Origin: an uncultured Candidatus Actinomarina sp.
Lineage (GTDB): Bacteria > Actinomycetota > Acidimicrobiia > Actinomarinales > Actinomarinaceae
Assembly: GCA_902627635.1 (NCBI GenBank)
Contig: CACOKA010000003.1
Location: 1-54,726, forward strand
DNA length: 54,726 nucleotides
Direction: 5' to 3'
In this document: in pieces, positions 9,372 to 18,696 of the stretch
Position numbering within the stretch: position 1 is the stretch's first letter
Layout of the letters: every line of letters starts with the position of its first letter
Translations under genes and position numbers: made by a program
Notes under the pieces: model-generated
The model's database searches: none
Seen by the model: only the letters and a program-made list of their open reading frames with translations
What the model was told of the DNA's origin: nothing

Positions 9372-9833
9372 ATAAAGACTATCGTCTTTATAAAAAAAAT
9401 TATCTTTATCATAAGATACAACATATATCTCATCTTTTTTTTGAACATTACAAAGAATTAATTTTGACGAATAAAAGTAATCTAACACTATTACTTCATC
9501 AGATAATTCATAATTAATAAAAAATCCTGGCCATGGTAAGAGTTCTTTATTTTTTAAAGATCTGTACTTATCACTTATGTAGACATCGAAGTTTCTATTA
9601 TTTTCTGCTTCATCAATTGAGTTGATATGTTTAAATTTAATTAAATTTCTATCTTTCAGGTGTGATTTAAAGTCTTCAATTTGAAAGGAACGATTATCTA
9701 CAACGACGGAAACATCATTCATATTTATATCTCTAAAATATTTGTCAATATTTATGTACTGATATCCTTGAAGACCGTGAGGTTTACCTAATTTACCGAT
9801 TAAATATGAACTATTTTCAGTCAATAAATTCAA
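9357..9833 (-). CDS. rimM: Ribosome maturation factor RimM (divergent C-terminal half)
   Basis: IGKLGKPHGLQG N-terminal motif, IKFKHINSIDEAE; follows rpsP-khpA. Confidence 0.85.
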   Translation of the reverse strand: MNLLTENSSYLIGKLGKPHGLQGYQYINIDKYFRDINMNDVSVVVDNRSFQIEDFKSHLKDRNLIKFKHINSIDEAENNRNFDVYISDKYRSLKNKELLPWPGFFINYELSDEVIVLDYFYSSKLILCNVQKKDEIYVVSYDKDNFFYKDDSLYLTVN

Positions 9834-10071
9834 CAGTTGATTGAAGACCCTCTTCGTCTGCAGCAGCTTGTGCTACAGTTCTGATTGCTCGGGCGACTCT
9901 TCCACGTTTTCCAATGACTCTTCCCATGTCACTTGGAGCAGTTCTTACTTCAATGGCAACATTCTCATCATCAGAAGATGAGATTTCTACTTTTACAGAT
10001 TTTTCATCTTCTACAATTTGTGAAATTATATATTCAACAACATTTCTGACAATTTTTCCATTATCACTCAT
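9817..10071 (-). CDS. khpA: KH-domain RNA-binding protein
   Basis: DMGRVIGKRGRVARAIRT; lies between rpsP and rimM. Confidence 0.93.
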   Translation of the reverse strand: MSDNGKIVRNVVEYIISQIVEDEKSVKVEISSSDDENVAIEVRTAPSDMGRVIGKRGRVARAIRTVAQAAADEEGLQSTVEFID

Positions 10072-10469
10072 TCTTCTTCGCCTTTATTTCCTTCATCAGT
10101 GGATTCTTCATTAGTGTCTTCAGCTTGATCTTCATTTTTCTTGTTGTGTGCTTTTGAGCTGCTTTTTATTTTTGGTTCCGGAGGTGTAGGAATAGATACA
10201 ACTTCACCTTTTGAGGATCTCCACTGGGCCCATGCTCCCGATATCTCCAATATCTTCTGTGCTCTTTCTGAAGGTTGAGCACCTTTTTCTAACCATGACA
10301 CAGCTTTTTCAACATCAATTTCAACTGATGAGGGATTATCTTGTGGATTATAAAATCCAAGGTCTTCAATGAATTTACCATCTCTCGGAGACCTTGAATC
10401 AGCAACAATAACTCTGAAAGTTCTATTCTTTTTTTTACCTCTTTGGGCTAGCCTTATTTTTACTGGCAT
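10068..10469 (-). CDS. rpsP: 30S ribosomal protein S16 (with acidic C-terminal tail)
   Basis: VKIRL, ADSRSPRDGKFIEDLGFYNP, WLEKGAQPS. Confidence 0.98.
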   Translation of the reverse strand: MPVKIRLAQRGKKKNRTFRVIVADSRSPRDGKFIEDLGFYNPQDNPSSVEIDVEKAVSWLEKGAQPSERAQKILEISGAWAQWRSSKGEVVSIPTPPEPKIKSSSKAHNKKNEDQAEDTNEESTDEGNKGEEE

Positions 10470-10477
10470 TTAAATCC

Positions 10478-10569
10478 TTATCTACTAGCAATTAACTATA
10501 TTAGTTAATATTTAACTTAATGACTTATGAATTATATTTACTATAAATAATTAGTGCTAGTAAAGATAA
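10478..10569 (-). promoter_or_regulatory. Candidate structured 5' leader of rpsP
   Basis: Outer stem TACTAGCA(10483-90)/TGCTAGTA(10555-62), extended by TTATC/GATAA, encloses two inner hairpins and abuts the rpsP SD (AAGGA on minus strand). Confidence 0.35.
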
Positions 10570-10593
10570 ATTATTTAATGTACCCTAAGAAAT

Positions 10594-11214
10594 ATGGAAT
10601 TAATAGAAATTTCACATCCTCTTAAAGATCATTACCTAACTAATTTAAGAGACAAAAATACAGATTTTGATACATTTCGAGATTCTGCATCAAAACTATC
10701 TTATTTTTTAGTTGTTGAAGCTACAAAACATCTAACTACCCTTTCAAAAGAAATAGATACACCACTTACAAAGACTAAAGGTCTACAAATCGAAAATAAT
10801 TCGGTTGCGATTTCTGTTTTAAGAGCTGGTCTTGGACTCATGGATGGCGTGCAACAATTAATACCAAATATCTCATTTGGTTATATCGGAGTTCAAAGAA
10901 ATGAAGAAACAGCTCAACCAGAAAATTATTATGAAAAGCTTCCTGATTTAGTTGATAAAAATGTTTTTATCTTAGAGCCAATGTTAGCAACTGGAGGTTC
11001 ATTATCGTTCGCCATTGAAACTGTAAAAAAATATAATCCGAAAAATATTCATGCCTTAACAGTAATCTCAGCGCCAGAAGGCATAAACAAAATCAAGGAA
11101 AACCATCCTGACATTACGCTCATAACTGCTTCAATAGATGAAAAATTAGATGATAACTGGTACATTGTTCCTGGTCTTGGGGACATGGGCGATAGGCTAT
11201 TTGGAACAACTTAA
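10594..11214 (+). CDS. upp: Uracil phosphoribosyltransferase
   Basis: SVLRAGLG, EPMLATGGS, YIVPGLGDMGDRLFGT; -10 box TACCCT 7 nt before ATG (leaderless geometry). Confidence 0.97.
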   Translation: MELIEISHPLKDHYLTNLRDKNTDFDTFRDSASKLSYFLVVEATKHLTTLSKEIDTPLTKTKGLQIENNSVAISVLRAGLGLMDGVQQLIPNISFGYIGVQRNEETAQPENYYEKLPDLVDKNVFILEPMLATGGSLSFAIETVKKYNPKNIHALTVISAPEGINKIKENHPDITLITASIDEKLDDNWYIVPGLGDMGDRLFGTT

Positions 11215-11219
11215 AAATA

Positions 11220-12377
11220 ATGTCTAAATGCATTTTGATTGTAATAGATTCCCTAGGAGTTGGTGAAGCTCCTGATGCTGAGAGTTATGGTGACATAGGT
11301 GTAAATACTTTTGGTAATGTAGCAAAAGCAAATGGTCAGCTTGATCTACCTACTTTTGAAAAGCTTGGTTTTGGGGCAATCACTAATATAAACGGACTCA
11401 AAGATGAAGTAACTTGCTCTATTGTAGGAAAGCTTGCAGAGTCATCAAAAGGAAATGATTCAACTACTGGGCATTGGGAAATTGGTGGATTAATAACACA
11501 AAAAGATTTTTCAGTATTTCCAAAAGGTTTTCCAAGTGAATTAATTGATAAAATATCTTCAGAATCAGGATACGAATTTATAGGAAATTATCATGCATCT
11601 GGAACAGAAATAATTAATGAACTTGGTGAAGAACATCTTAGAAGCGGAAAATTAATTCTTTACACGTCAGGTGATTCAGTTTTTCAAATAGCAGCTCATG
11701 AGGATATTCTCCCAGTAAATGAGCTTTATAAAATTTGCAAGATATCAAGAGAATATTGTAACGAATACAATATTGGCAGAGTAATCGCTAGACCATTTAT
11801 TGGTGAGAAAGATAATTTTCAAAGAACTTACGATAGAAAAGACTTTGGAATTACTCCCCCAGGAGAAACAATTCTTAGCCAATTATTTAAATATGGAAAA
11901 AATTCTCTGGGAATTGGAAAAATTTCTGATTTATTTGGTGATGAATTTCTCAGTAATTCAATTCACACAGAAGGTGATAAAAATGGATTAGAAATATTGA
12001 TTAATGAATATGAAGATAACAGTTATGACTTTTATTTTATTAACTTAGTTGACCTAGACATGCTTTACGGACATAGAGAAGATCCAGCAGGATATTATGA
12101 AGGTTTAAAAATTATTGATGATGGTTTAGATAAGCTAATGAGTGTCTTGAATGATGAGGATATAATTATTATTACTGGTGATCATGGTACTGACCCAACT
12201 GATGGTAAAACTGATCATTCTAGAGAGTATGTACCTTTTGTTATTTACAAAAAGAATCTAAATCCGAAATATATTGGTGAAGGTAATACTTTTTCAGATA
12301 TTGCTTCAACTATTTCAGATATTTATGAAATCGAAAATATATTTCCAGGTAAAAGCAGAGCCAATCATTTATCATGA
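11220..12377 (+). CDS. deoB: Phosphopentomutase
   Basis: IVIDSLGVG, GNDSTTGHWEI, YTSGDSVFQIAAHE, GRVIARPF, NLVDLDMLYGHR, GDHGTDP, TDHSREYVP. Confidence 0.96.
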   Translation: MSKCILIVIDSLGVGEAPDAESYGDIGVNTFGNVAKANGQLDLPTFEKLGFGAITNINGLKDEVTCSIVGKLAESSKGNDSTTGHWEIGGLITQKDFSVFPKGFPSELIDKISSESGYEFIGNYHASGTEIINELGEEHLRSGKLILYTSGDSVFQIAAHEDILPVNELYKICKISREYCNEYNIGRVIARPFIGEKDNFQRTYDRKDFGITPPGETILSQLFKYGKNSLGIGKISDLFGDEFLSNSIHTEGDKNGLEILINEYEDNSYDFYFINLVDLDMLYGHREDPAGYYEGLKIIDDGLDKLMSVLNDEDIIIITGDHGTDPTDGKTDHSREYVPFVIYKKNLNPKYIGEGNTFSDIASTISDIYEIENIFPGKSRANHLS

Positions 12378-13213
12378 CTGATAGAAGCAAAATGTTAGAT
12401 AAAATTAATGAAGCAAGTAATTATCTGAAGGAAAACTTTAATTCAGAGGTTTCGTCTGCAATTATTTTAGGCTCAGGTATGGGAGGCTTTGAAAATAGCT
12501 TTGATCCAATTGCAACTTTTGATTATTCGGAAATACCAAACTTTATAAAACCAGCCGTACAAGGGCATTCTGGAACTCTGACCTTTGTTGAAGTTGAAGA
12601 TAAAATAACCGCAATATTATCTGGTAGGGCACATTATTACGAGGGTTATGACATTCATGACCTTGTATTACCCACTAGAGTCTTAGCTACCTTAGGAATT
12701 AAAAATCTAATTGTAACTAATGCAGCAGGTGGTATTAATGCTAATTACTCACCAGGAGACATAGTTGCAATAAAAGATCATATAAATTTAACAGGCAATA
12801 ACCCATTAATAGGTAAAAATTTAGATGAATTTGGACCAAGATTTCCTGATATGACAGAAGTTTATAATTTGAAGTTTAGAGCTTTAGCAAAAGAAATTTC
12901 TAAAGAATATTTTGAATACAAGGAGGGTGTTTATGCTTGGTTTACTGGACCAACTTATGAAACTCCTTCGGAAGTCAATTTTGCAAAAACTATTGGTGCT
13001 GATTTAGTTGGAATGTCCACTGTTCCAGAAGCAATAGTCGCAAAACATTCTGGAATTGATGTTACTGCTTTTTCACTAGTTACCAACTTAGCAGCAGGCA
13101 TTTCTGATTCACCATTATCTCATGAAGAAGTAATAGAAATTGCAGATAATACCTCAAAAACATTTCAAAATTTTATGAGAAGTTTTTTAGGTCAAATTAA
13201 TTTAGCTATTTAA
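12374..13213 (+). CDS. punA: Purine nucleoside phosphorylase (trimeric, PunA/XapA type)
   Basis: ILGSG, GRAHYYEG, TNAAGGIN, GPTYETPSE, VGMSTVPE, VTNLAAG, LSHEEV. Confidence 0.95.
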   Translation: MTDRSKMLDKINEASNYLKENFNSEVSSAIILGSGMGGFENSFDPIATFDYSEIPNFIKPAVQGHSGTLTFVEVEDKITAILSGRAHYYEGYDIHDLVLPTRVLATLGIKNLIVTNAAGGINANYSPGDIVAIKDHINLTGNNPLIGKNLDEFGPRFPDMTEVYNLKFRALAKEISKEYFEYKEGVYAWFTGPTYETPSEVNFAKTIGADLVGMSTVPEAIVAKHSGIDVTAFSLVTNLAAGISDSPLSHEEVIEIADNTSKTFQNFMRSFLGQINLAI

Positions 13214-13237
13214 ATTTGTAATATTAAAATAGAAAAT

Positions 13238-13987
13238 ATGAAAATAGCAGTCTGTGCAAAACAAATTCCAGATCCCGCTTTAGATATTACATATTCGGAA
13301 GGTCTTGTAAGTAGGCCAGATGAACAAGTTTTAGATGATACAGACAGGTATGGTATTGAAGTAGCGTTACAGTTAAAAGAAAAATTTGATGCAGAAGTAA
13401 CTGTCATTTCTATGGGGAAATTGGGAACAGAAAAGGGTATACAACAAGCTTTACAAATGGGCCCAGACAAAGCACTAGTTTTAGAAGATGATTCTCTTTC
13501 AGGATCAAATTCATTAATGACAGCAAATGTCCTAAGTGAACTTTCCAAAAAAGTTGGAGCTGATATTACAATTTTTGGTACTGAATCAACAGATGGATAT
13601 TCAGGTGTTATTCCTCAACAAGTCTCAAGAATGCTTGGATTACCCTGTATCTCATATATAAAAGCAGTAGAGATAGCAGATACTGTTTCTCTTACTAGAC
13701 AGACATCAACAGGTTCGGAAAAAGTTCAAATGCCATCAAATTGTGTCCTATCAGTTACAGCTGGAGGTGTAGAGCCAAGATATCCAAACTTTAAAGACAT
13801 CATGGCGGCAAAGTCTAAACCAGTTGAAAAAATATCACTTAGCGATATCGAATTTAGTGCTGTTCAGAATATTGAATTTATAGACATTAAAGATGTCTCA
13901 ACAACAAAACAAGGTGAAAAAATAGTAGATGAAGGCGAAGGCTTTCAAGTAATAATAGACAAACTTAAGGAATTAAAAGCTATATGA
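13238..13987 (+). CDS. etfB: Electron transfer flavoprotein beta subunit
   Basis: VCAKQIPD, GTESTDGYSG, EPRYP; -10 TAAAAT 7 nt before ATG. Confidence 0.93.
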   Translation: MKIAVCAKQIPDPALDITYSEGLVSRPDEQVLDDTDRYGIEVALQLKEKFDAEVTVISMGKLGTEKGIQQALQMGPDKALVLEDDSLSGSNSLMTANVLSELSKKVGADITIFGTESTDGYSGVIPQQVSRMLGLPCISYIKAVEIADTVSLTRQTSTGSEKVQMPSNCVLSVTAGGVEPRYPNFKDIMAAKSKPVEKISLSDIEFSAVQNIEFIDIKDVSTTKQGEKIVDEGEGFQVIIDKLKELKAI

Positions 13988-14904
13988 AAACATTAATTAT
14001 TGGTGAAGTAGTAGAAGGTAACCTTTCAAGTGGAGCTTTGGAAATCATTGCAAAATCACAAGAGTTAGGACTAGAGTTTGAAGTTGCAACAGTGGGAACA
14101 GAGGAATCACCTAACATCGGATCTGAAAGTTTCAAAAACACATATTTAAAATGTAATGAAACGCAATTGAGTCTTGGGTCAGTTGCAAACACTTTAAAAA
14201 CAATGGTTGATGAACAATCCATTTCACTTATTATGGCTCCATCAACTTATGTTGGTAGAGATCTAATAGCATTTTTGTCTGTTGATTTTAGTTCTAGTCA
14301 AGTGTCAAATGTTATTAACTTCTCGATTGAGGAAGGCCATGTTATAACTTCTAATTCAATAAACGGTGGAGAAAGTGAATATAATTCAAAAATTACTTCA
14401 GATAAAAAGTTTCTTTTAATAAGACCTAAATCTTTTGAAGAGGTTCAAGTAGAACTTAGCAACACAAATTATGAGACGATTGAAATCAATTCTGAAGATC
14501 CTGAGGTATTTGATATATTTATTGAAGAGAAATCCGGTCCTCAGCTAGAAGATTCAAAAATAGTTGTATCTGCTGGAAGAGGAATGGTTGATAGCTCAAA
14601 CTTATCTCTGGTAGAAGATCTAGCAAGTAAGCTTAATGCAGCAATTGGAGGTACAAGAGCCATAGTTGATGCAGGTTGGATGCCATATTCACAACAAGTT
14701 GGTCAAACTGGTAAAACTGTCAAACCTGATGTTTATATTGCATTAGGTATTTCAGGAGCTACCCAACATCAAGTTGGAATGAAAGATTCAAAATATATTA
14801 TTGCAATTAATAAGGATGAAGAAGCTCCTATATTCCAAATTTCTGATCTTGGAATAGTCGCAGATACATTGTCTATTGTTCCAAAAATTACTGAAAATTT
14901 ATAA
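13984..14904 (+). CDS. etfA: Electron transfer flavoprotein alpha subunit
   Basis: VVSAGRG, QVGQTGKTVKP, GISGATQHQVGM, IAINKDEEAPIF. Confidence 0.95.
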   Translation: MKTLIIGEVVEGNLSSGALEIIAKSQELGLEFEVATVGTEESPNIGSESFKNTYLKCNETQLSLGSVANTLKTMVDEQSISLIMAPSTYVGRDLIAFLSVDFSSSQVSNVINFSIEEGHVITSNSINGGESEYNSKITSDKKFLLIRPKSFEEVQVELSNTNYETIEINSEDPEVFDIFIEEKSGPQLEDSKIVVSAGRGMVDSSNLSLVEDLASKLNAAIGGTRAIVDAGWMPYSQQVGQTGKTVKPDVYIALGISGATQHQVGMKDSKYIIAINKDEEAPIFQISDLGIVADTLSIVPKITENL

Positions 14905-14905
14905 T

Positions 14906-15295
14906 TTAAAACTTAAAGTCAAAAGGTAATACCTCTTCAAACTTATATTTTTGAAAGTCGTTATCATTTACGACGATTACATATTCAGTATTGAATTCTG
15001 ACATCCTCTGTCTTGAAATTCCACAAGGAAATATTGCTGTCTCGCTTTTTGCATCAATACATGCAACTGCAATTGTATCGATCTTTGTCTCACCTTCTGA
15101 TATAGCTTTCAAGATTGCTACATCTTCACCACATACTGTTGCAGGATATGAAGCATTTTCAATATTACAGCCTGTATATATGTTTCCAGAGTCAGTAATT
15201 AAAGCCGCGCCTACCCGAAAATTAGAGTATGGTGCATAGGCTTTTTTAGCGATCTCTTTTGCTAAGTCTGCTAATTTTTGATCGTTAGAAGACAA
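14906..15295 (-). CDS. cdd: Cytidine deaminase, tetrameric type (third Zn-ligand Cys replaced by Ser)
   Basis: AYAPYSNFRVGAA, GCNIENASY, CGE, PCGISRQ. Confidence 0.9.
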   Translation of the reverse strand: MSSNDQKLADLAKEIAKKAYAPYSNFRVGAALITDSGNIYTGCNIENASYPATVCGEDVAILKAISEGETKIDTIAVACIDAKSETAIFPCGISRQRMSEFNTEYVIVVNDNDFQKYKFEEVLPFDFKF

Positions 15296-17944
15296 TTACT
15301 CCCCTTTCGTAATTAAAGTTTCAAAATCTTTTTTAGTTTTTGTAAATACTCTTGAGCCAGATCCTGGTTGCATAGTTACTCCATAAAGAACATCGCCCGC
15401 CTGCATAGTTTGTTGCTGATGAGTGACAATTAAAAACTGTGCATCTTCCTTTACAAACTCAAGTAAATTTAGCATTCTATGTAAATTAGCGTCATCTAAA
15501 GCAGCTTCAACCTCATCTAGTATGTAAAAAGGACTTGGGAAAGATTTAAATACAGAGAATAAAAATGCAATCGCAGCTAATGATCGTTCTCCTCCAGAAA
15601 GTAAACTCAATTTTTTCACTTTCTTACCTCTAGGTTGAACACTTATTTCTATGCCTGATTCAAGTAAGTTTTCAGGGTTTGTTAATGTTAAAGATCCCTT
15701 ACCACCAGGGAAAAGCTTTTCAAAAACTTCTTCAAAATTTACAGAAATAGTGTTGAATGAGTTCTCAATTCTAAATTTAATTTCTTCTTCGATTTCGCTT
15801 ATATATTTTAAAAGTTCTTTTTTAGTTGTATTCAATTCCTCTATGTTTGTTGATATATCTTCATATCTAGTATTTAAAGATTCAAAATCTTCGGAGGCTA
15901 AGTAATTTACAGTACCAAGTTCATCCAGTTGGTTTTCAGTTTTTGAAATAATATTATCAATATCATTTATTGACTCATTTCCAGTTTCATATTCATTGAT
16001 TTGATCAATACTTAAGCCACTTATGTTTGTTAGATTTGAGTAATAAAGAGCTCTTTGTGACATATATTCTGATTCTTTAACCATTAAGTCACTTTTTTTA
16101 TCTTTGTAATTAAATAAACTATTTGAAACATCTTCAAGATTTTCTTCAATTTCATTTATTTGCTCATCATTGTCACTATAGTTTTCATCTAGTTTTTGAT
16201 TTCTCTCTGATAAATTTGAAGAGAGTTCATTTAAAATCTTATAAGCTTGTGATGCTTTTGAATTTATAACTTCATAATTATTTATTTCCTCAGAATTATC
16301 ATTTGAATTTAATTCTTTGACCTTGTTAGAAAGGTTTTTATTTTCATCTGTAAGATATTTAATCTTTTCAGAAGATGAAATAAGTTGTTCATTTATTGAT
16401 GAAGTTTCATTTTCTAAATATTCCTTTTCGGTAAGTAATGATTCCTCCCTGTCTTTTAAAGTCTGTTTAAATTTATCAGAATTGCTATATTCACTAATTA
16501 AAGAAAGTTTCTCATCAAGACTTTTTTGTATTTCATTTTTATTAAGTAATGCATTTTCTTGTTGAATACTCAAATCTGTAATCTCTCTATGTAACAAACT
16601 ATCTGTATGAATCTTTACTTTATTAAAGGATCTAGAATTTAATTTTTTTCTATTAAGGAATTTATCATGCTTCATTAAGTGTTTATTAATAATTTTTTCA
16701 TCTTTGATCCAATTATTTAAATTGTCTGTAAATTTATCAAGTATGTCGGTTTTTGATGATAGATCATTCTTTAAGAACTTAATCTCATTTTTAAGTAAAG
16801 CTTCATTTACTTCCAAACTAGATGATTGTTTACTTTTTACATCTTCAATTTCAAGATTCAAACTTTCAATCTTTTTTGAGTTAACTGTAGCAATTTCTTT
16901 TTTATCAATTATTAGTTTGGACAATTGTGAAATTTGGTTGTTGTTTTGATAAATCTGATTTGTGTATCTTTTTAATTCGCTGGTAGATTGTTCTTTTATT
17001 CTTTCTAATGACAATTGTCTTTCAGTTGAAATTTGATAAATAGACTTAAATTCTTCACTGTATTTGTTTACTTCAGTAATTGCATTTGAAAGAAAAGATT
17101 TTACAGAAACATTTTCTCCAAAATCTTTTCTAAGTTTGTTCTTGCTTAATTTGAAAACTTCAAGTTTAGACTCAAGATCATTAATAAATCGGTTTACTTC
17201 TTCTAGTTGTGATTTGATATCATCATACTTTTTATTGAAATTTCTATATTGGAGAATATTAAGTTTTGTTTTGTTAAATTTTAAAACTTCAGACAATTCC
17301 TTATGAAGCTGAGCTTGTTCAGCCTGTTTTCTTAATGGATCAATCTGTTTTTTTATCTCACGAAGAACATCTTTTGCTCTTTTAATTTCTTTTTCCCCAG
17401 ATTCTATTCTTTTTAAAGCTTTGTCTTTTTTTAATTTATATGGGAGTATCCCAGATGCTTCTTCAATAGTAATTCTATGGTCTTCAGGCTTAGCATTCAA
17501 AATTTCTGTGATTTGGCCTTGAGAGATAATTATATGCTGTTGTTTACCTATACCCACATCATTTAGAAATTCTTGAATATCAAGTAGCCTACAAGTTAGA
17601 CCATTCATGAAATATTCAGAAGTACCATCTCTGTATAATTTTCTTCCAATAGAAACTTCACTTGAATTGAAATTGTTATTATCGCCTAGGTCAAAGACTA
17701 AATATACTTCAGCAAAACCTTTTTCTCCGAGTTTTTCTGTTCCTGCAAAAATTACATCTTCCATTTTGTTTGTTCTTAGAGAACCCGGACTTTGATTACC
17801 TAATACCCATGAAATAGCGTCAACTATATTAGATTTTCCAGATCCATTAGGACCCACAATTACGTTTGTGTATTCAGATAAATTTACTGTAGTTTTTTCA
17901 GCAAATGACTTGAACCCACTCGCAACTATTGATTTTAAGTGCAT
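15296..17944 (-). CDS. smc: Chromosome segregation protein SMC, short (882 aa), no recognisable hinge
   Basis: GFKSFA, GPNGSGKSNIVDA (Walker A), ISQG Q-loop, LLSGGE signature, ILDEVEAALD (Walker B/D-loop), VTH; heptad-rich arms; position downstream of rnc. Confidence 0.92.
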   Translation of the reverse strand: MHLKSIVASGFKSFAEKTTVNLSEYTNVIVGPNGSGKSNIVDAISWVLGNQSPGSLRTNKMEDVIFAGTEKLGEKGFAEVYLVFDLGDNNNFNSSEVSIGRKLYRDGTSEYFMNGLTCRLLDIQEFLNDVGIGKQQHIIISQGQITEILNAKPEDHRITIEEASGILPYKLKKDKALKRIESGEKEIKRAKDVLREIKKQIDPLRKQAEQAQLHKELSEVLKFNKTKLNILQYRNFNKKYDDIKSQLEEVNRFINDLESKLEVFKLSKNKLRKDFGENVSVKSFLSNAITEVNKYSEEFKSIYQISTERQLSLERIKEQSTSELKRYTNQIYQNNNQISQLSKLIIDKKEIATVNSKKIESLNLEIEDVKSKQSSSLEVNEALLKNEIKFLKNDLSSKTDILDKFTDNLNNWIKDEKIINKHLMKHDKFLNRKKLNSRSFNKVKIHTDSLLHREITDLSIQQENALLNKNEIQKSLDEKLSLISEYSNSDKFKQTLKDREESLLTEKEYLENETSSINEQLISSSEKIKYLTDENKNLSNKVKELNSNDNSEEINNYEVINSKASQAYKILNELSSNLSERNQKLDENYSDNDEQINEIEENLEDVSNSLFNYKDKKSDLMVKESEYMSQRALYYSNLTNISGLSIDQINEYETGNESINDIDNIISKTENQLDELGTVNYLASEDFESLNTRYEDISTNIEELNTTKKELLKYISEIEEEIKFRIENSFNTISVNFEEVFEKLFPGGKGSLTLTNPENLLESGIEISVQPRGKKVKKLSLLSGGERSLAAIAFLFSVFKSFPSPFYILDEVEAALDDANLHRMLNLLEFVKEDAQFLIVTHQQQTMQAGDVLYGVTMQPGSGSRVFTKTKKDFETLITKGE

Positions 17945-18012
17945 ATATTTAACCCTGTTGTTACCTTTAAGGATACTAAATATTTAGATTTTTGCTTAAA
18001 TTAGAAAAAGAT

Positions 18013-18696
18013 TTATTCCTTAATATCAGAAAATGCATTCTTTGCAGCCATTTGTTCTGCGTTTTTCTTCGATTTTCCAGTTCCTTTTCCTATGGCTTTA
18101 TTTTCAAGAAAAACAGTAGCTTCAAATTCTTTGTTATGATCTGGACCCTTTGATAAAGTTTCATAATTTACTTTTTTACCTTTTTTAGCAAAATGTTCTT
18201 GAAGACGTGTTTTGTAGTCTTTTTCTCCTGGATTTTTTGATAAATTTTCAATCAATGGATATATATATTTTGAAACAAAATTATTTACTTCTTTTAGTCC
18301 CCCATCAAAATAAATTGCAGCAATTAACGCTTCAACAGCATCCTCAATGATTGAACTTTTATCTCTCCCACCAGTGCTATCTTCTGCTTTGCTTAACAAT
18401 AAGTAATCACCTATCTCAATCTTCTTCCCAAGTTCAACGAGAGCATTTTGATCTACAGCGCCAGATCTTATTTTTGTAAGACTGCCTTCATCTAAGTTTG
18501 GATAATTGTTAAATAGAAATATTGATAAATCAAAATCAAGTATGGTATCACCGATGAATTCATATCTTTGATTAGTTTGTGAAGTTGGATCTTCATCAAT
18601 ATAAGACTTATGAGTTAGAGCTATTTTTAAATGTTCAATATCTTTAAACGAGTAACCAATGTTTTGTTCAAATTTTTTTAAATCCTTTACATTCAT
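18013..18696 (-). CDS. rnc: Ribonuclease III
   Basis: ALTHKS, NQRYEFIGD, EDAVEALIAA, dsRBD DYKTRLQE...GKSKKNAEQMAA. Confidence 0.96.
   Translation of the reverse strand: MNVKDLKKFEQNIGYSFKDIEHLKIALTHKSYIDEDPTSQTNQRYEFIGDTILDFDLSIFLFNNYPNLDEGSLTKIRSGAVDQNALVELGKKIEIGDYLLLSKAEDSTGGRDKSSIIEDAVEALIAAIYFDGGLKEVNNFVSKYIYPLIENLSKNPGEKDYKTRLQEHFAKKGKKVNYETLSKGPDHNKEFEATVFLENKAIGKGTGKSKKNAEQMAAKNAFSDIKE

Noticed and set aside
17976-17987. Perfect palindrome CTAAATATTTAG upstream of smc
   Set aside because: Almost all A/T, expected by chance, and does not match the parS consensus.
18540-18580. RNase III signature variant NQRYEFIGD
   Set aside because: The main catalytic acids (E, D in the signature; D, E in EDAVE) are retained, so it is likely a tolerated variant.
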